This document shows positions 26,034 through 39,903 of a DNA stretch of 64,000 nucleotides, piece after piece. Under the pieces are notes generated by a model. That model was not told the DNA's origin and did no database searches. It worked only from the letters and a program-made list of their open reading frames with translations. How positions within the stretch are numbered: position 1 is the stretch's first letter; each line of letters starts with the position of its first letter. Position numbers and translations under genes: made by a program. Source of the stretch: Hydrolagus colliei (lineage: Eukaryota); NCBI GenBank assembly GCA_035084275.1, contig CM068757.1, forward strand, positions 7,688,001 to 7,752,000, written 5' to 3'.

Positions 26034-26470
26034 CAACAAGAACAACAACAAATTACATTTATAGAGCGCCTTTCACGTCGGGAGGACGTCCCAAGGCGCT
26101 GCACAGGAGGCGTGTGACCCGAGCTGAGAGGGGAGTGTTTGGGAAGGGGTGAGACACGAAGGGGAGGTAAAAGAGTTCGGGGTGGAACAAAAGGCACGAT
26201 CGAAGAGGAAAGTCTTCAAACCGGCCTTGAAAGAGGAAAGGGAAGAAACGAAATGGAGGGATTGAGGGATGGCATTCCATAGGGTGGGAGCGGAGAAACT
26301 GAAGGCCCGGCCTCCGATGGTGGGGCGGTTCGGGCGGGGGGCTTGGAGCAGGCCAAGTCCTGCTGAACGGAGGGTCCGGGTGGGCGTATAGGGGGAGAGT
26401 AGATCGGTTAAATAGGGCGGGGCAAGGCCATGTAAGGCCTTGTAGGTGAGGACGAGGATCTTGAACTCGA
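26034..26470 (-). mobile_element. Young 5'-truncated L2 LINE 3' end
   Basis: Open frame EFKILVLTYKALHGLAPPYL...GGRAFSFSAPTLWNAIP...FKAGLKTFLF; tail gggacgtcctcccgacgtgaaaggcgctctataaatgtaat(ttg)n; CpGs retained. Confidence 0.93.
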
Positions 26471-27034
26471 CACATTTCAGCCACATTCACAACACTGCAC
26501 ACATCATAGGAACTCCCTGTCTCTCCAAAGGAAGCCCGTTTGATATTACCTGAAACATTATTTATAGTGGATGTGCAGGGAGACACTTGAAATGTTGAAG
26601 GAGGTGGTATGAGGCCAGCAGGTACATGATAGTACACAGCTCCTTCAACTCCTCTTCAAAGCATCATTGATTATTCTTTTCTCGGATTTTTTCTTTAATG
26701 TTGATCAGAATTGTTTGAGACTATTTTTTGAAGAGATACTGTTAGCTGTCTACCAATTATGGTGAGTTTAAGGAATACAGTTTATAAATGTTGTTATCCT
26801 GTTCTCTGTTCTCTGAGGTGAAACCAAGTTGTTTCACACACTTGCCTCAGACGCAGAAAATTCTGCTCCAAAGGTAGAACAGCGTCTCTACAAAGAACAG
26901 GTTAAACATTTAACAGCTGCAGCAAGAGTCTGTTTAGTCTAAATTTATGATCAGGAATGTTCTGGAATTTTTCTCAAACTAAGTGTTGTTTTGCCTCTGG
27001 CACCTTCGCTTAGGGTCTTTTATCTCTTTTACAG

Positions 27035-27079
27035 ATGAGAACAGTGAGAGCGAGAGTGACTCGGATGACAGGTTTAAAG
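27035..27079 (+). CDS. DENND2B: DENND2B 45-nt coding exon (DENSESESDSDDRFK)
   Basis: cttttacag|AT ... AAAG|gtgagg; phase 1-1. Confidence 0.95.
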
Positions 27080-27288
27080 GTGAGGGGTCCCATTATACTC
27101 TATCCCCACCACCCATCACTTCCCCACGGCCTGTGTAAAATTCTCATCGTTCTATTGAGCTGCTCCACTTCAGAGACCAGATAGAACATTGTTTCTGTAC
27201 AAGTTAAACTAATAAAACGCCTTTCAGGCTGTTTTGTGGGTCGCAAAGCACTTGTTAATTTTGACCTGAGTACTGGGCCTAATATGGG

Positions 27289-27465
27289 AACATAGTAACA
27301 GGAATAGGCCCTTGAGCCTTCTGTTAGAATCATGGCTACAATCAACCATCGTGGCTGAACTGTACTGCAGCTCTAATTACCCGCTTTGCCCCGTATTCCT
27401 GAATACCCTGACAAAACAAAAATCTGTCCACCTCAGTCTTGAAAATTATGAATTGCATTTGGATC
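27289..27465 (-). mobile_element. CR1-like LINE 3' fragment just upstream of a DENND2B acceptor
   Basis: aacatagtaacaggaataggcc...tggctgaactgtac...aaaaatctgtccacctcagtcttgaaaat. Confidence 0.65.
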
Positions 27466-27496
27466 ATTTTTCCCCTCACTCCTACCTACTGTCCAG

Positions 27497-27681
27497 CACA
27501 CACACAGCGTTTGGTGCACATCCAGTCAGTGCTAAAGAAGGCGCCCAGATACCGAACATTGGAACGGGAACTCATTGAGTGGCAAGAGAGAGAACTCTTT
27601 GAATATTTTGTGGTGGTCGCACTGAAGAAGAAGCCTTCAAAGAACAGTTACATCCCTGAAGTGTCCTATCAGTTCCCAAAG
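27497..27681 (+). CDS. DENND2B: DENND2B coding exon, start of uDENN (AHTQRLVHIQ...LFEYFVVV...YQFPK)
   Basis: gtccag|CA ... AAG|gtaaat; seen in ORF 27439..27723. Confidence 0.97.
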
Positions 27682-30135
27682 GTAAATCAGTCTGGCATTT
27701 ACTGTTCATTAGAACATCAGTGATCACACCTATATATAAATGAAACAGGGACCGATCATTTCACCTAGTCTTAACCCGTAAACCCATTTTGCCTTAAAAT
27801 TTAATATTGTATTGAGTTGTGGAAAAATCTAATTAAAATTCAGCCACGGTTTGGAAGCCAGTTCCAAATTAATACTCAATTTATGTATTTGGCTAAATCC
27901 CTGTGATCTTAAATTTCAAGACACATTTCAAGACATAGTCTTGCGGGTTAAGGCTAGTTGGAATTCTAGGTATGAGATAGTTTAAGCAGTCGTGAGGATC
28001 TAAAGAAACGGTACCTTAAACATTCTCTTCTCCACAGTTCCTCCCACCCTCCCACCAAGTATTTTCTTTAGATACAAGGTGGTGAAGGTCCTTGTAAAGT
28101 GCAATCATGAATAACCAGGTAGTACATCATATCCTTTGTTCAAATTAAAATAACTTCAGATTGCATATTGAGTTAGAGTAAATGGTAAACCTCAGTGTCA
28201 AATGTGATATAAATCGGAAATGGCTATGCTGTTCTTTTTAGTATTGTACTGCTCTTTTGTTCTCTGATGTTCACTGTGAGATACAACTCCAGCTGCTTCT
28301 ACAATAGCAATGGGCAAACAGGAGTGTGCGTGTTTGCGTATGTCTGTGTTGGAGGGAGGGCGGACACAACAAGGAGTTTGAAGGGAATTCAGGCAAAACA
28401 GTGGGGGCTGGGGAAGGGCAGAGTTGACATCGAGCAACCAGATCGATACGCGAGACAAACAGAAAACAAATCGAGATACAACGAGGAGAAAAGGTGAAAA
28501 TGAAAGAGTGTGGTAAAAAGCAAGGCTTTGAATGTTTCAAAGTTTATTTAATTTGTGGGGGTTTTTATCAAAATATCTCTCTCAATTCAACCTTTCCATA
28601 TGTTTCTTTGGTGTGTTCTAATCTGCATGTGTACTCAAAGGAAAAGCAACAGAGGATTGTAGTCTATGCAGAACTATAAATAAGACATCCTGTAGAAACT
28701 ACTGAACAGGCCTTGTCTCACGTAGCCAAGACTGGCTATTTATAGCCTCACTCCAGCAGACATAGCAACATGGGGAGTTGAGGATACAACTCCCCATTAC
28801 CAATCCTTTACCAATGAAAGCTCAGAGAAAAAGTACAGGACTGATAAATCTGTTCACTTCGCACCAGGAGTGGCTGGATGCTGTTTTACTTATCTCTACA
28901 GATTGATTTCAGAGATGAAATTTTCATAACATTTCCTTTAATAGCTGCAAAGCTCTATGTAAAAATGCAAGTTATTTCAACAATGGTAACACAAGAAGGG
29001 GCCTATCGCAGCCTATTTTAAAAAAATCTTAAGAAGCCATCAAGCAGACTTCCTGCAGTGGTTGAATTAAGCTGATCATATTACGAAATGAACATTGAAA
29101 TGTTTCTTCATAGGTTCCTAACAGATTAACACATTGATATAGAGAAATTCCACCTGGGTTATGATTGATTCGATTTATGTTAAATTTCAGAGCATTCCAG
29201 AGATTGGCAACTTCTTAAATACAGCCTCATTTTGAAGCCAATTCTTTTTAAGAGTTACGGAAAAGCAATTTCAATGTTAAGACTGGAATCAATGACTTGG
29301 TTGGCCCGAAAATGATCTGAAGGCTTCAGTGCCGATATTGTTGTTACCTTCAGGCTAGCTGTAACCAATGTACAATTGCTGACATTGGGCAACCAGGACA
29401 AACTGTGTGATGTTATGTCTGAAGTTGTATTTTCGAACCAGATATTCAGTTTTGTTATAAACTGTGTAATAGCCCATGGGAAAAACACTGTGATGTTTTA
29501 TGCATGGGATTGTGGTGGGGGGTGGGGAGAGAATTAATAGTAGATAAGACAGTATAACTAGAAAAAAGATGAAACACTGTACAAGGCTACATTCCCCCTT
29601 CCATCTTCTCATCACAATATCAAGCGGTTTTATGAATGACTCCAGTGTCTTGATCTCAAACACCCTTACTCACTACCTGCTCCTGGTCACAGTGTCCAGG
29701 TGGTAGAGCAAAGGGCAAAGACAACTTTGGATGAATACAGCAATTTACGGGGTCAGGAAGCTCCCATTGCCATAGTCAAGTAGCCCACCAACACTCGATT
29801 AAAGAATATTTGTATATTACTGCGCTACACAGTAGATTTTATTTAGTTACACTGAATCTTTTATCAAACTTTGTACCGAGGTTACATGGTAGATACAAGT
29901 GTTACATGAAGTACTGTTAAGGGTTGATTGCGATGTGCTGGTATGGTTGAGGAGTGACCTTGCCATTAAGTACTACGGTATTAAGGGTTGACAATTCCAC
30001 TATCAAATCGCAAGCATTGAATGGCATTACCTTGGAGCACTGTTAAAAACTAAATAATATTGTTACCAGTTTACAGAGTCACATTTACTACTGTTCGCTA
30101 CATGCAAGTGACATGGTTTTGTTTCCCCTGCACAG

Positions 30136-30245
30136 CTAGAGAGGCCAACAAAACAAGTGCGTGAGGCAGAGGAACGCCTGAAAGCTATCCCACAATTCTG
30201 CTTCCCAGATGCTAAGGACTGGGCTCCAGTGTCAGATTTTATCAG
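30136..30245 (+). CDS. DENND2B: DENND2B coding exon, uDENN (LERPTKQVREAEERLKAIPQFCFPDAKDW)
   Basis: cctgcacag|CTA ... ATCAG|gtacta; contains the DENN FCFP motif. Confidence 0.97.
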
Positions 30246-30855
30246 GTACTAAAACAAGACAGGAAAGTCAATCATAGATATTGCGAGTCACATAGGTGTA
30301 TTTGTGTGTGTTTGGGGGGAAGAAAAGGAGAGATAATTCTCTGGTTATTGCTAAATATCCCCCAGTATGCACATTGTCCGGTCAGAAGCATAAACTGGAT
30401 ACCACAGGTCTGGTTATTGTCTGTGGTCAGAATTCCTAGGATGCTTCCGACATGAAAGGCACTATAGTAATGTAATGTTATTGTTGTTGTTGTCACAAAT
30501 ACTTTCCCATATAATTGTTCTATGAAAGGAGAAAAGCCCATCTGCTCAGATCAAAAGTCTTGCGGTGTAAGTGTTGATTTTCTATCTCAGTCTGTTCTCA
30601 CTTGGTGACATGTTGCTGCAGTTCACGGGCTTGCACCGCAAGCTTTTCCACTGCTTCAAAGGGTTAAAAGCAATGACTTCTCGTGGAAGCTTCAGCATAT
30701 TGGGGGCGAAGCGTTCGGTTTATTCTCCGTATAGTACAAAAGCAGTGAATGAATGCAAAACTATCAGCAAGAGATTAAAAGCTCTTAACCAGCTCTTAAC
30801 CTGTTCTGTTAATTCGCTGTTGAGTAACCTTTTTGGACCATTGTCTTGTTTGCAG

Positions 30856-30925
30856 TGAAACATTCTCGTTTATGCTCACTGGGGAAGATGGAAGCAGACG
30901 TTTTGGCTACTGCCGCCGATTGTTG
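30856..30925 (+). CDS. DENND2B: DENND2B coding exon (ETFSFMLTGEDGSRRFGYCRRLL)
   Basis: tttgcag|T ... TTG|gtgagt; DENN FxLTxxDGxRxFGYC motif. Confidence 0.97.
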
Positions 30926-33304
30926 GTGAGTGCGCTTCTTTACGTTGGATGTTTAACTCTTGCTTGAGCCATCCTATTTTGTTCTTCTGTGGAAGTGCAA
31001 AAGCACACTGCCACTTAAATTCCAGTCATTCTTCCCGCAGCTCCAGAGGTCAGAGTTCATTTCTTACTTGCAGCAGTCTTCTCGAGACGCTCTCTCAAAC
31101 ATCTGGCCCGAGTACACAAAGGAAACCGGGTAGCTGATTGGACACGTATGATCCTAAGTGGGTCTTGTGGCATCTCCACCTCCCAGCCTCCTGCCACGTG
31201 GATTGGCCCAGACTCTCTGAAGTCAGGTTACCAGATTGTAGGGCAGTGATTAGGAACCGATTTGCCCGAGGACCAGTTAGGAGGTACAGTGTTCATGTAT
31301 TTCTTTGATATGTGCCTGCTTTTCTGTTGGCCAATTACATCGGAGGCCTGTCATAGTCCCATCAGCACAAGGGGTCAGATGGCCTCCTTATGCACTGAAG
31401 ATTAAGCAACCCTGACCTCCCCCCCCCCCCCCCCCCTCCACTCCAAGCAATTCTCCTTCTGAAGAGCACTGATGATGTGTGAAACAACTAAGTCAGTAGT
31501 TAATACTAATGTCTGCGATTTCTCTATTCAATCTTGCCAGTCAGGAGGCAACAGGCCAATGCCAGATACTTTGGCAAAGGAAAGTAGAGGGATAAGAGGT
31601 CAATTGTCTCCACACCGCTCCCCTTGCTCCAAATCACTGAACAAGCAAGAACAGTAGCCAGAGAGCTGCCAGCCCAGAGTATGACAACACATAGCCAGCA
31701 AGTGTGAGTGTGCGAACAGGATTGAATTTGGTTGAGATTCACCTGTGGTTGAATAACTTGTTAGCACTCGCTTTGAAGGCTTCCATGTTAAGATTGCTTT
31801 ATCCTGTATAAGGATCTTGTATCCTGTACAAGACTAACCTCCCCCGAGTCCAATCAGTCCTATTAGTCTAACACTGTCAACTTAATAAGAGAAAGAATCA
31901 TTTCCTTTTAATCTCACATAAAAGAGAATCCAGCTGTTGCCAGGTGCTCTACTGCTTCTCTGGTCTCTCCGTTTCCAGTATAAATATACCGTATGGGCCA
32001 TTCTTCAATAAACACACATCAGCCGTATCTGAGCTACCATTGTGCTGTATTTATTATACCAACTTGAGAAATGTTCCTGGAGTGTCAGAATCTTCGGACC
32101 ACATGTGGTTCCATTTAGTACTGCACGTGACTCCTGAGTGACTGACCACACTCCCATGTTATTACATCAGTGACCAGTTAAAACTTGTATGCTTTAAACG
32201 ACACGCTAACTATTAATACCTCTACATAAACAGGTTGGTTTGTCAGTAATAGAGGGGAGAATTAGATTTGGATCCCAATGGCATTTTTTCTAGATGACTG
32301 AGGAATATAGAGGCAACCATGCTATTACCACACTTCGTATTACACAGGCTCACTCTTTCCACCTTCTCAGGGTTAGTCCCAGAGTGGGACTGACAGACGT
32401 CTGGGGAAAAGACACTTGTCTGTCTTAGTGTGCCTCCAGAAAGGACCATTGAGAAGGATCACAGTTAAGATCACTGAGCTCTATGGCTACTTTGCAAGTT
32501 TTTTTTCTAAAAAATAAGCTCTACGTTATATATCATTCAATTGAATTATGTTTCAAATGAGATTCTCACCATTTCTTACAATATGAAAGAGAAACAGTAG
32601 AGTAAGTGGACAGAGGCACATGCAGAGAATTGATGACTTTCTGTACAATTTTTAAGACAACAACAACACCAAACTTACCTTTATATAGCGCCTTTCACAT
32701 CAGGAGGACGTCCCTGAATTTAGAATTCAGACACCTGAATTTGTCGTCTACATTGGACCACTTTGAATGTTAAGTCTTACCCGAGTCAGTTAACGCTACT
32801 CCTGAATCAGAAATGGTCATTAGTATGATGTTGCTCCTCTTGATCATCTCCCAGTTGCTCGTTGCATTGCAGCTAAGAATTGGAATCAACAGGACCAGAA
32901 AAGACCACAAACTGGACAGCTCATAAATTTTGTTTTAAGAGAGAAAAAATTCCATCACTCCATCTCATCAGTCCATTGTCCGCTGTCAAAAACCTATTTA
33001 ATTCCCGCTTGAATTTATTGACGGAGGACAATAAAATATAAATGCAGGAGCTAAATGCCTTTGACAAGGCAGTGCAGCAACTTGAATTTAAATGAGTTGC
33101 TGCAATAATTTTGAGATGTTTTGAGATGCCAATGTTATTGGCAGGAGAACGTATCTTTTTAATACAATAGTTACACTAAACTCTGTAGAATCCCAAGAAG
33201 GCTTCTCTCAGATTACCTTTCTTTACTGGCATCTCCTACATTCCTGTTTCACTGCCAGTTAATCCCTGTGGAAACACAGGTTTTATTAAGTGAATCAGGC
33301 ATCC

Positions 33305-33616
33305 GCATCACTTACTCCTCCTCACAGCAGTATCCACTGCCTCCGCTCTACTGGCTCCATCCTCCTCTTTGTCCCTTGAATCCTCCACTTCATCATCAGC
33401 AGCTGTGCTTTCAGCCACTACGCCGGGAAACTTTGTAACTCCCTCCCTCAATCCTTCCATCTCACCCCCTCCTTCCCCATCTTCAGGTCGTGCCTGAAGA
33501 CCATTCTCTTCAACGGCACTTATGGTCACTTTCCACCCCCCCCCCCAGCTCGGCCTTGGGCTCTGACATTGTTAAGCACTCTGAAATGCTGCCTGGCGTG
33601 TAGGGCGCTATATAAA
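33305..33616 (+). mobile_element. Degenerate L2 3' end
   Basis: gctttcagccactacgcc...aactccctccctcaatcc...ctgaagaccattctcttc, ending in gcgtgtagggcgctatataaa. Confidence 0.75.
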
Positions 33617-33624
33617 GAATATGG

Positions 33625-33792
33625 GGAAATGTAGGACGCCGATTCAATAATAGCTTTTAAAAGAGCGTTGGATGGTTATTTGGGGGAGGACGGGTTTGCG
33701 AGGTTATGGGGAGAGAGCCGGGGAGTGGGAATGACTTTGAATAGCTCTTTTCCAATAGCCGGAACAAATTTGGTATGCTGAATGGTCGCCTA
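33625..33792 (+). mobile_element. CR1-like 3' end
   Basis: aatagcttttaaaagagcgttggatggttatttg...ggttatggggagagagccggggagtggg...gctgaatggtcgcct. Confidence 0.65.
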
Positions 33793-35832
33793 TTATTATT
33801 ACTATTAAGTTGTTGCTGTTATTTCATTGTAATGAGCCATTTAGATGGCTGTTGTGAAGTAGCTTATATGACAAGGTTGGGCTCATGATCTTCCAGTTTT
33901 AGCCAAAACAGCAATCTTAACAACTACAAGAATAGCGCATTGTATCATTCCTTTATCAAGCATGGACTTGGTACAAGTGGAGACTTGCTGTCCCATTATA
34001 GGAACTTTAGCAGAGTTCTGCTTGCTTGCCTAACATTAATTCCAAAGGAATCTGAACTGTTTTTGGTGACCGCAGTTACCTGCTTCCCCGGACCAGCTGC
34101 TTCCCTGCTGTCAGATGTGCATGACAGTGCTGGGGAGTGGGCTGGGAACAGAATGGAAATGATCAAATCTGTGGCACTGAATGTTTCAGTTCGTTCAATT
34201 CATACAGTATACATCCCAAGTATTTTTTCAGAAGAAAACATTGATGCTCAGTTACTGCGTGGCTATCCAAATTCTCTCAATTTAAAGAAAAAAGGTATTT
34301 GAGTTTGTATCGATGTTCCCTAGAACTAAGTATTTTTATTGGCGTTTATCAAAAACATCTACATCCTGGTGGCTATCCAAGGCCGCTGGCAAGGTGTCGA
34401 CATTCCAGTGGATTTGATTCTAAGCATAAACTCCACATAGCTGATTTAATCAGTCAGAGCGTTCCGAACAAGTTCATTGCCTAATAAGGGAAAAAGATTC
34501 ATCTCTTCAGGCAGATGTGAGCTGCAGCCACCAGCCATGATCTATTAATATATTCATTAAGTTGCACCTCATAGTAGCCCAGGGCAAAGCTTTCTTTTCT
34601 TTTAGCAGTAGTTAGAGCATAAGGTGTGAGTATTATAACACAGCCACCACCCATTGTGAAGAAGGATGTTTTAGGGTAACTTCTGCAAATTAATTTTTTT
34701 ATTTACCATCTCCTCCTAATTGTTGGTCACAGAAACACCAACCTCGGTTCGTATGTTCAAGAAATCATTTTCAGTTGTACAAATAGGAGAATATTTGTGT
34801 TTATTAAGGCTATCGATGATCATTTATGGCTTTGTAATTTGTGGCATTAACCAACGAAAGTCCTCTTTAGGGAATTGTGTCATGAAAGGTTTTGGGCGTC
34901 GATCATGTACAGTGGGTGCCTTTAATTTGGGAGCTCGGCTACACACCAAAGCTAGGTAGGTTTCAAGAAAGACTAGGTATTCTCCCAGCTGAAGTAAACA
35001 CCACTCATTCTTATTGTGTGTTACTTATTCTTATAATGATTCTTTGTGATACATATGTGAAAAGTTTGCAAAAGATCTGACTCAAGACTTAAGTTGATTG
35101 ATCCTTTGGACTTTCTTGCACCCACTCGTTATATTTCACAGTCCTTTCATATTTTGCTTGTTATCAGACGCTTGGGATTCTAGATACTGATGACATCGAA
35201 TTGTGATCTTGGCTTGTAAAAGAAGGCGAGTAACCAGTTTGCTGTATGTGAGGCTCAAACAACTTCTCTCTATGCTGTGTCTCAAAGGCACACCTAGAGA
35301 GATATTTACATTTGTTTTTGCATTTCACTCTTTAACAATTTGTTTGCGAAATATTGCCTTTGGTTTCAGCCCCAGCGCTCAGACCCCAGCTCTGATGAGG
35401 TTAACAATTCCTAACCAGAAATTTCCATTTATATAGTAGCATTCTCACGCACACGCACACGCACACGCACACACACACATGCACACGCACACACAGTATA
35501 GCGTCTAGGAGCACTTATCAGTTCTGGAGCTTGGTGCCCAGCTGGTGGGAGGAAGTAGAGTCAATTTGGGCACCAACCAGCAATTCATTTGTTAGAAGAA
35601 GACAAACAGCAGATACTGAACTGACCAAGACCCTCAATGGCCTCCTAGAGGAGGTGATTGATGGGAGGACTTAGTCCAAGTAACTCTCTAAAATCATTGG
35701 TTTCAAGCCCAGCCAAGTTGCTGTGACAGGGTTGCTATGCTCAAACATTCCTTTGAAAGCCAACAAAGTACAGTATATAATGTGGGGAGCTGGAAATCAA
35801 GCTGACACTTGCAGGATAGTGTCTGACTCCGT

Positions 35833-36139
35833 GGAGTCCTGTACCTCAGTGGTTAGAGCACTTGCCTTGCAAGTGAGAGACCTGGGTTAGATTCCAGGCA
35901 GGGGGCGAAACCTTGGGCAAGTTTCCTTACTCCAAACGTCTGATAATAATCCCTAATTTAAAAAAAAAAATTCATTGAGCGACTATTTGCGGGACATTGC
36001 TCTGCACAATCGGCTGCCACCTTACACCCACTCAATACAGTCAATTCACTTTACAGTATATTTTGTGAAGCGCTTTGAGACGTCTGCAAGACGTGAAAAG
36101 TGCTATATCAAATGCAAGGATTATTATTATTATTATTAT
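35833..36139 (+). mobile_element. tRNA-derived SINE with L2-type 3' tail
   Basis: A-box-like TACCTCAGTGG and B-box-like GGTTAGATTCC; tail gtgaagcgctttgagacgtc...gtgaaaagtgctatatcaaatgcaagg(att)n. Confidence 0.88.
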
Positions 36140-36385
36140 GTTTTCCCAGCACACAGGCATTCGACGTAATGGTGTAATAAAGGATGTTTTCAGTAATTGT
36201 TTAGAAAGAGTAGTGGTGGCAATATGTGACATCATTAGCAACTTTCCTGAGGCCTATGCCTTTGGTAGGATACCAGTTGACCATAATGGAATAATGCCAT
36301 TGCTTTTAATGCCAAATCATGAAGGTGCTAACAGCATACAGCTTGTCTGGGTAAATGTGCTGACTTTATTTACTCTTATTTTCAG

Positions 36386-36463
36386 CCAAGTGGAAAGGGG
36401 CCTCGCTTACCGGAGGTTTACTGCGTTATCAGTCGGCTGGGCTGCTTCACACTATTCTCAAAG
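36386..36463 (+). CDS. DENND2B: DENND2B coding exon (PSGKGPRLPEVYCVISRLGCFTLFSK)
   Basis: attttcag|CCA ... AAG|gtaaag; 78 nt, phase 0-0. Confidence 0.96.
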
Positions 36464-39400
36464 GTAAAGCCTTATAACCTAAGGGGCAGGAAAATAAACT
36501 TTAGCCGATGTCTTCTTGATATTGATACAAATGAATACTGAGAGAGTACCGGGGTCCCATCAAAAATTCATACAAAGGGAAATGGCTTTGCATGGATTAC
36601 TAAAACTACTGCCTTTAAGGTTTTTTTTGAATATATCTCTTTGTGATGCCACACAGGTACTGTTATTAAGGAAACAGGGCAGTTAATCCACCTCAGTGAG
36701 CTCCTACACACAGCAGTGAGATGATTGACTACTTAACCTGTTTTATTAATGAATATGGATGAGCCTGGCCACCTGGCAAACTCTCTGTTCTTCAAAATAG
36801 TGTCATCTTTGTCATCCATCTGCCAAGATGTGAACAGTGTTAACATGAGATACCACTAATAAATTACCAACTCTTTGGCTCATCATCCAAACGGAGAGAG
36901 AAAGCACAAATGAGCAGAGAGGACAGGGAGATAACAGATAATAGACATTCGCTGCAAAGAACTATAAGAAATATTGAGTACAATCTTCTAATAAATTAGC
37001 CATTCACCTACCTCACGGCTGTTTGTGGGACCTTGCTGGCCTGTAGTGCTTGGCTGTGGGAATAGCTACCACACTCGATAGTTACCTTGCAACGTGGATT
37101 CAACAAATTGTTACGAATATGAACATTTTTAACTTGGGAATTGTTGGGAAGGACTGAAATGCTCAAAGAGAAAAGATTCGCTCCAGATTAGCTCTGCATC
37201 TATCCGTGGTGGTTCTGACCAGCAAGCTTGAAAATCACTGAGCATTGCTGGGGTTTAATTTGCAGTAATGATCCTCAATGTTTGTCTGCAGGAGATGCAG
37301 TCATAGCACAAAAGCATTTCTCCTTTAGTGGGAAATGGTAAAACTTGCCTTTTTCCCCCCCCACCCCCAATTAAAGGGATGGTGCTGGTTGACCCCATAC
37401 AGATTCGATTTCAAAACTTGTGAACCTTGAAACAAAAGTTCCCTTTAAAAACCCAATGGAATGAAATTGGCCGTGTGGTTTGGGAAAGGAATCCCGATTA
37501 AAGCTTGTGACCAGGAGAATAGCAGTTAGTTCCCAAAAGGAATTCTAAGCACTGAGAGGAAATTAGAAGGAGGCAGAGGAAGTAGCAAGGCAGAGCTTTG
37601 GGAGATGTTTATTGCTCACAGAATAACTGCGAACGGTGAAGTTGGATGAACAAAAACCCAACCGAAGCATTTTGAAATAAAAAAGAATGCAATGGATTTT
37701 TTGTTCAGCTTTGCCAACGTGTACAGAGTAAATCCTGTCAATCCCTTCGAGAAGTTCGCCTGATGTGAAAGGCGCTGTATCAAATGCAAGGATTTCATTA
37801 TGACACAGCAATAGCTAAAAATAATACACTAGTCAAATATTTTTACCGATTGTACCCATTATAAAAACATTTCTGTTTTGAGGTGATCAGTGTCATTCTT
37901 TTTTTAAAAACTTATTTAGCATTTTGGAATAATCCTTGGTAAAATGATAAGCAGTCACACTCTCCATACTCCATTGCAAACTCCAGTATCTGCTCTCATG
38001 AGACAACAGCACTTCAAGTTGTGGAGAAACAACATCAGAGAGCCTTTCACCTAAACATATAGAGCAGGCAGACAGTGTATCTGCTGAGTCCATCTCTTTA
38101 AAGATTCAGAACTGAACTGAAGTGAGAAGCCATAGGGGACTCATCGGAGAACATGGGGTTTATGGTATAGGGCTGGTGGGCTAAGTGTTCCAGACTAGGG
38201 GATGCGGAGAACCAAACACAGCAGATGTTATGATGAAAGGACATAAACGGAAGATGAGACAAAATGGGGTCAAGCAGGAGGCTGATAAAATATTTGTTTA
38301 ATTTTTGGACTTGTTCTGTATATTTCTGGAAATGTCAAAAAGACGGCAAGTTGACCTGGTTGCCTGGGCAAAGGAGTATCTATAAGAGTTGGGATTTCAA
38401 GGAAGAGTTTCAGGCCTGTTGCACATTAGCTGGTCCTGACTCCTGGATGGCTCAGCAGGCTGTTCAGCTCAGGTTTCTCTAGCCAGACGAACTGTAGCTT
38501 TGCAAAGAACTTTTATCAAAATATACTTTAAGCCATGTTGGCAGGAAGAAATGCACGTTTAACGCTTTCCTTGTTGTCCAGCTGAAATATTGTCCCCAAG
38601 CACATTGCATGAAAACCTCCAGAAAATGACACTTGAGATATAGTTAGTTTATTAGTGAATAAAAACAACAACAACAAAATTACATTTGTATGGTGCCTTT
38701 CAGGCTAGGATGATGTCCCAGTTTAATCACTGCTAATATGCGTGATTCAAGAACTTCTTTGCTGGGAAGGGGTGTAGAGTGTGTTGCATAGTTTAACCAC
38801 TGAGCTCAAGGGGAGTCCATTCATTATTTCGCAGACCCAAATAGAGACAGAATAACATCAGAACACAAACATTCCTGCAACCCAAAAACATGTGTGTGAC
38901 TACTTTTAAAATGTGGTCAAAGTCCTTGGAGTGGGAAAGTTTGTCAAGGGTTAGTGGTCAATCAGATCACATCACTGTGGTAATAATCTCTCTAAACATT
39001 GGTTGCAAATGTTCCTGATTGATGATATTACCAAGCAGAGACACTTCTGTGGGTCTCGAAGGCTTAGCAAAACACAAGCCCACGCAACGTATCTTTTTAC
39101 AAATGGACTTTCCATCATTATATGCAATACCACATGATTTCCCCATAGGAGAATCCATGCAAAAACTGCCCATAGATTTTCTTCTTTACTTTTCTTTTTT
39201 CACATTGGTTCAGGACTCCAAGGGGGTTTAACACTGTTGAGTTAAATGCACACCAGAAATAGGTAGAAAATTGACCAAAATATACTGATAAGAGATGCAC
39301 TGATATCCAAGCTTTAAATTGGAATAAAGTTTCTTGATGATTCCCGGCATACAACATAATTTGAATGGTTTTGTGTGAGACAGTATCAAATATTTGCATG

Positions 39401-39903
39401 GTGCACAGCACATCTGGAGAGTATTTCTAGCGAGCCTGCTGCCGCTATACCATGACAGAAGATTCGAAATCCCACAATGAAATGAAAATGGAACCAGATG
39501 CAGAAGGGAAAGTAACTCTACCCCTTTATCGGTAGAGTTATTTGGAGTTGTGAGCTTCTTCACCAAACTAACTTGGTGATCTTCTGAACATCCTCCTTCA
39601 ATGGGTGATTCGCTCACTGCTAGCCTTCAGCCAATTTCTCTACCTCTCTCTCTCTGTCACTGTCCCTCTCTCTTCTCATCCTCACTTCATTCCTTGTCCT
39701 GTTTCATCTATTACAAGGGGGATATGTAAATAAGATCCACCAATGGCTGAATTAAGATGAAAGACACTGAAAGACAAATCTGTTATTATTGTACCAGGAA
39801 TTGATTGTGATATGTCATAACGTTTAGTGGTCAGAGAGCAAGGAACAACTGTGTGGAAAATTGACCTGGATTCTTGATAATGCTTGACATTCTGCATGAC
39901 CAG

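Noticed and set aside
35392-35425. CUGAUGA-GGUUA...UAACC-A-GAAAUUUC hammerhead-like motif
   Set aside because: There is an extra A before GAAA and no stem I pairing; probably chance or fully decayed.
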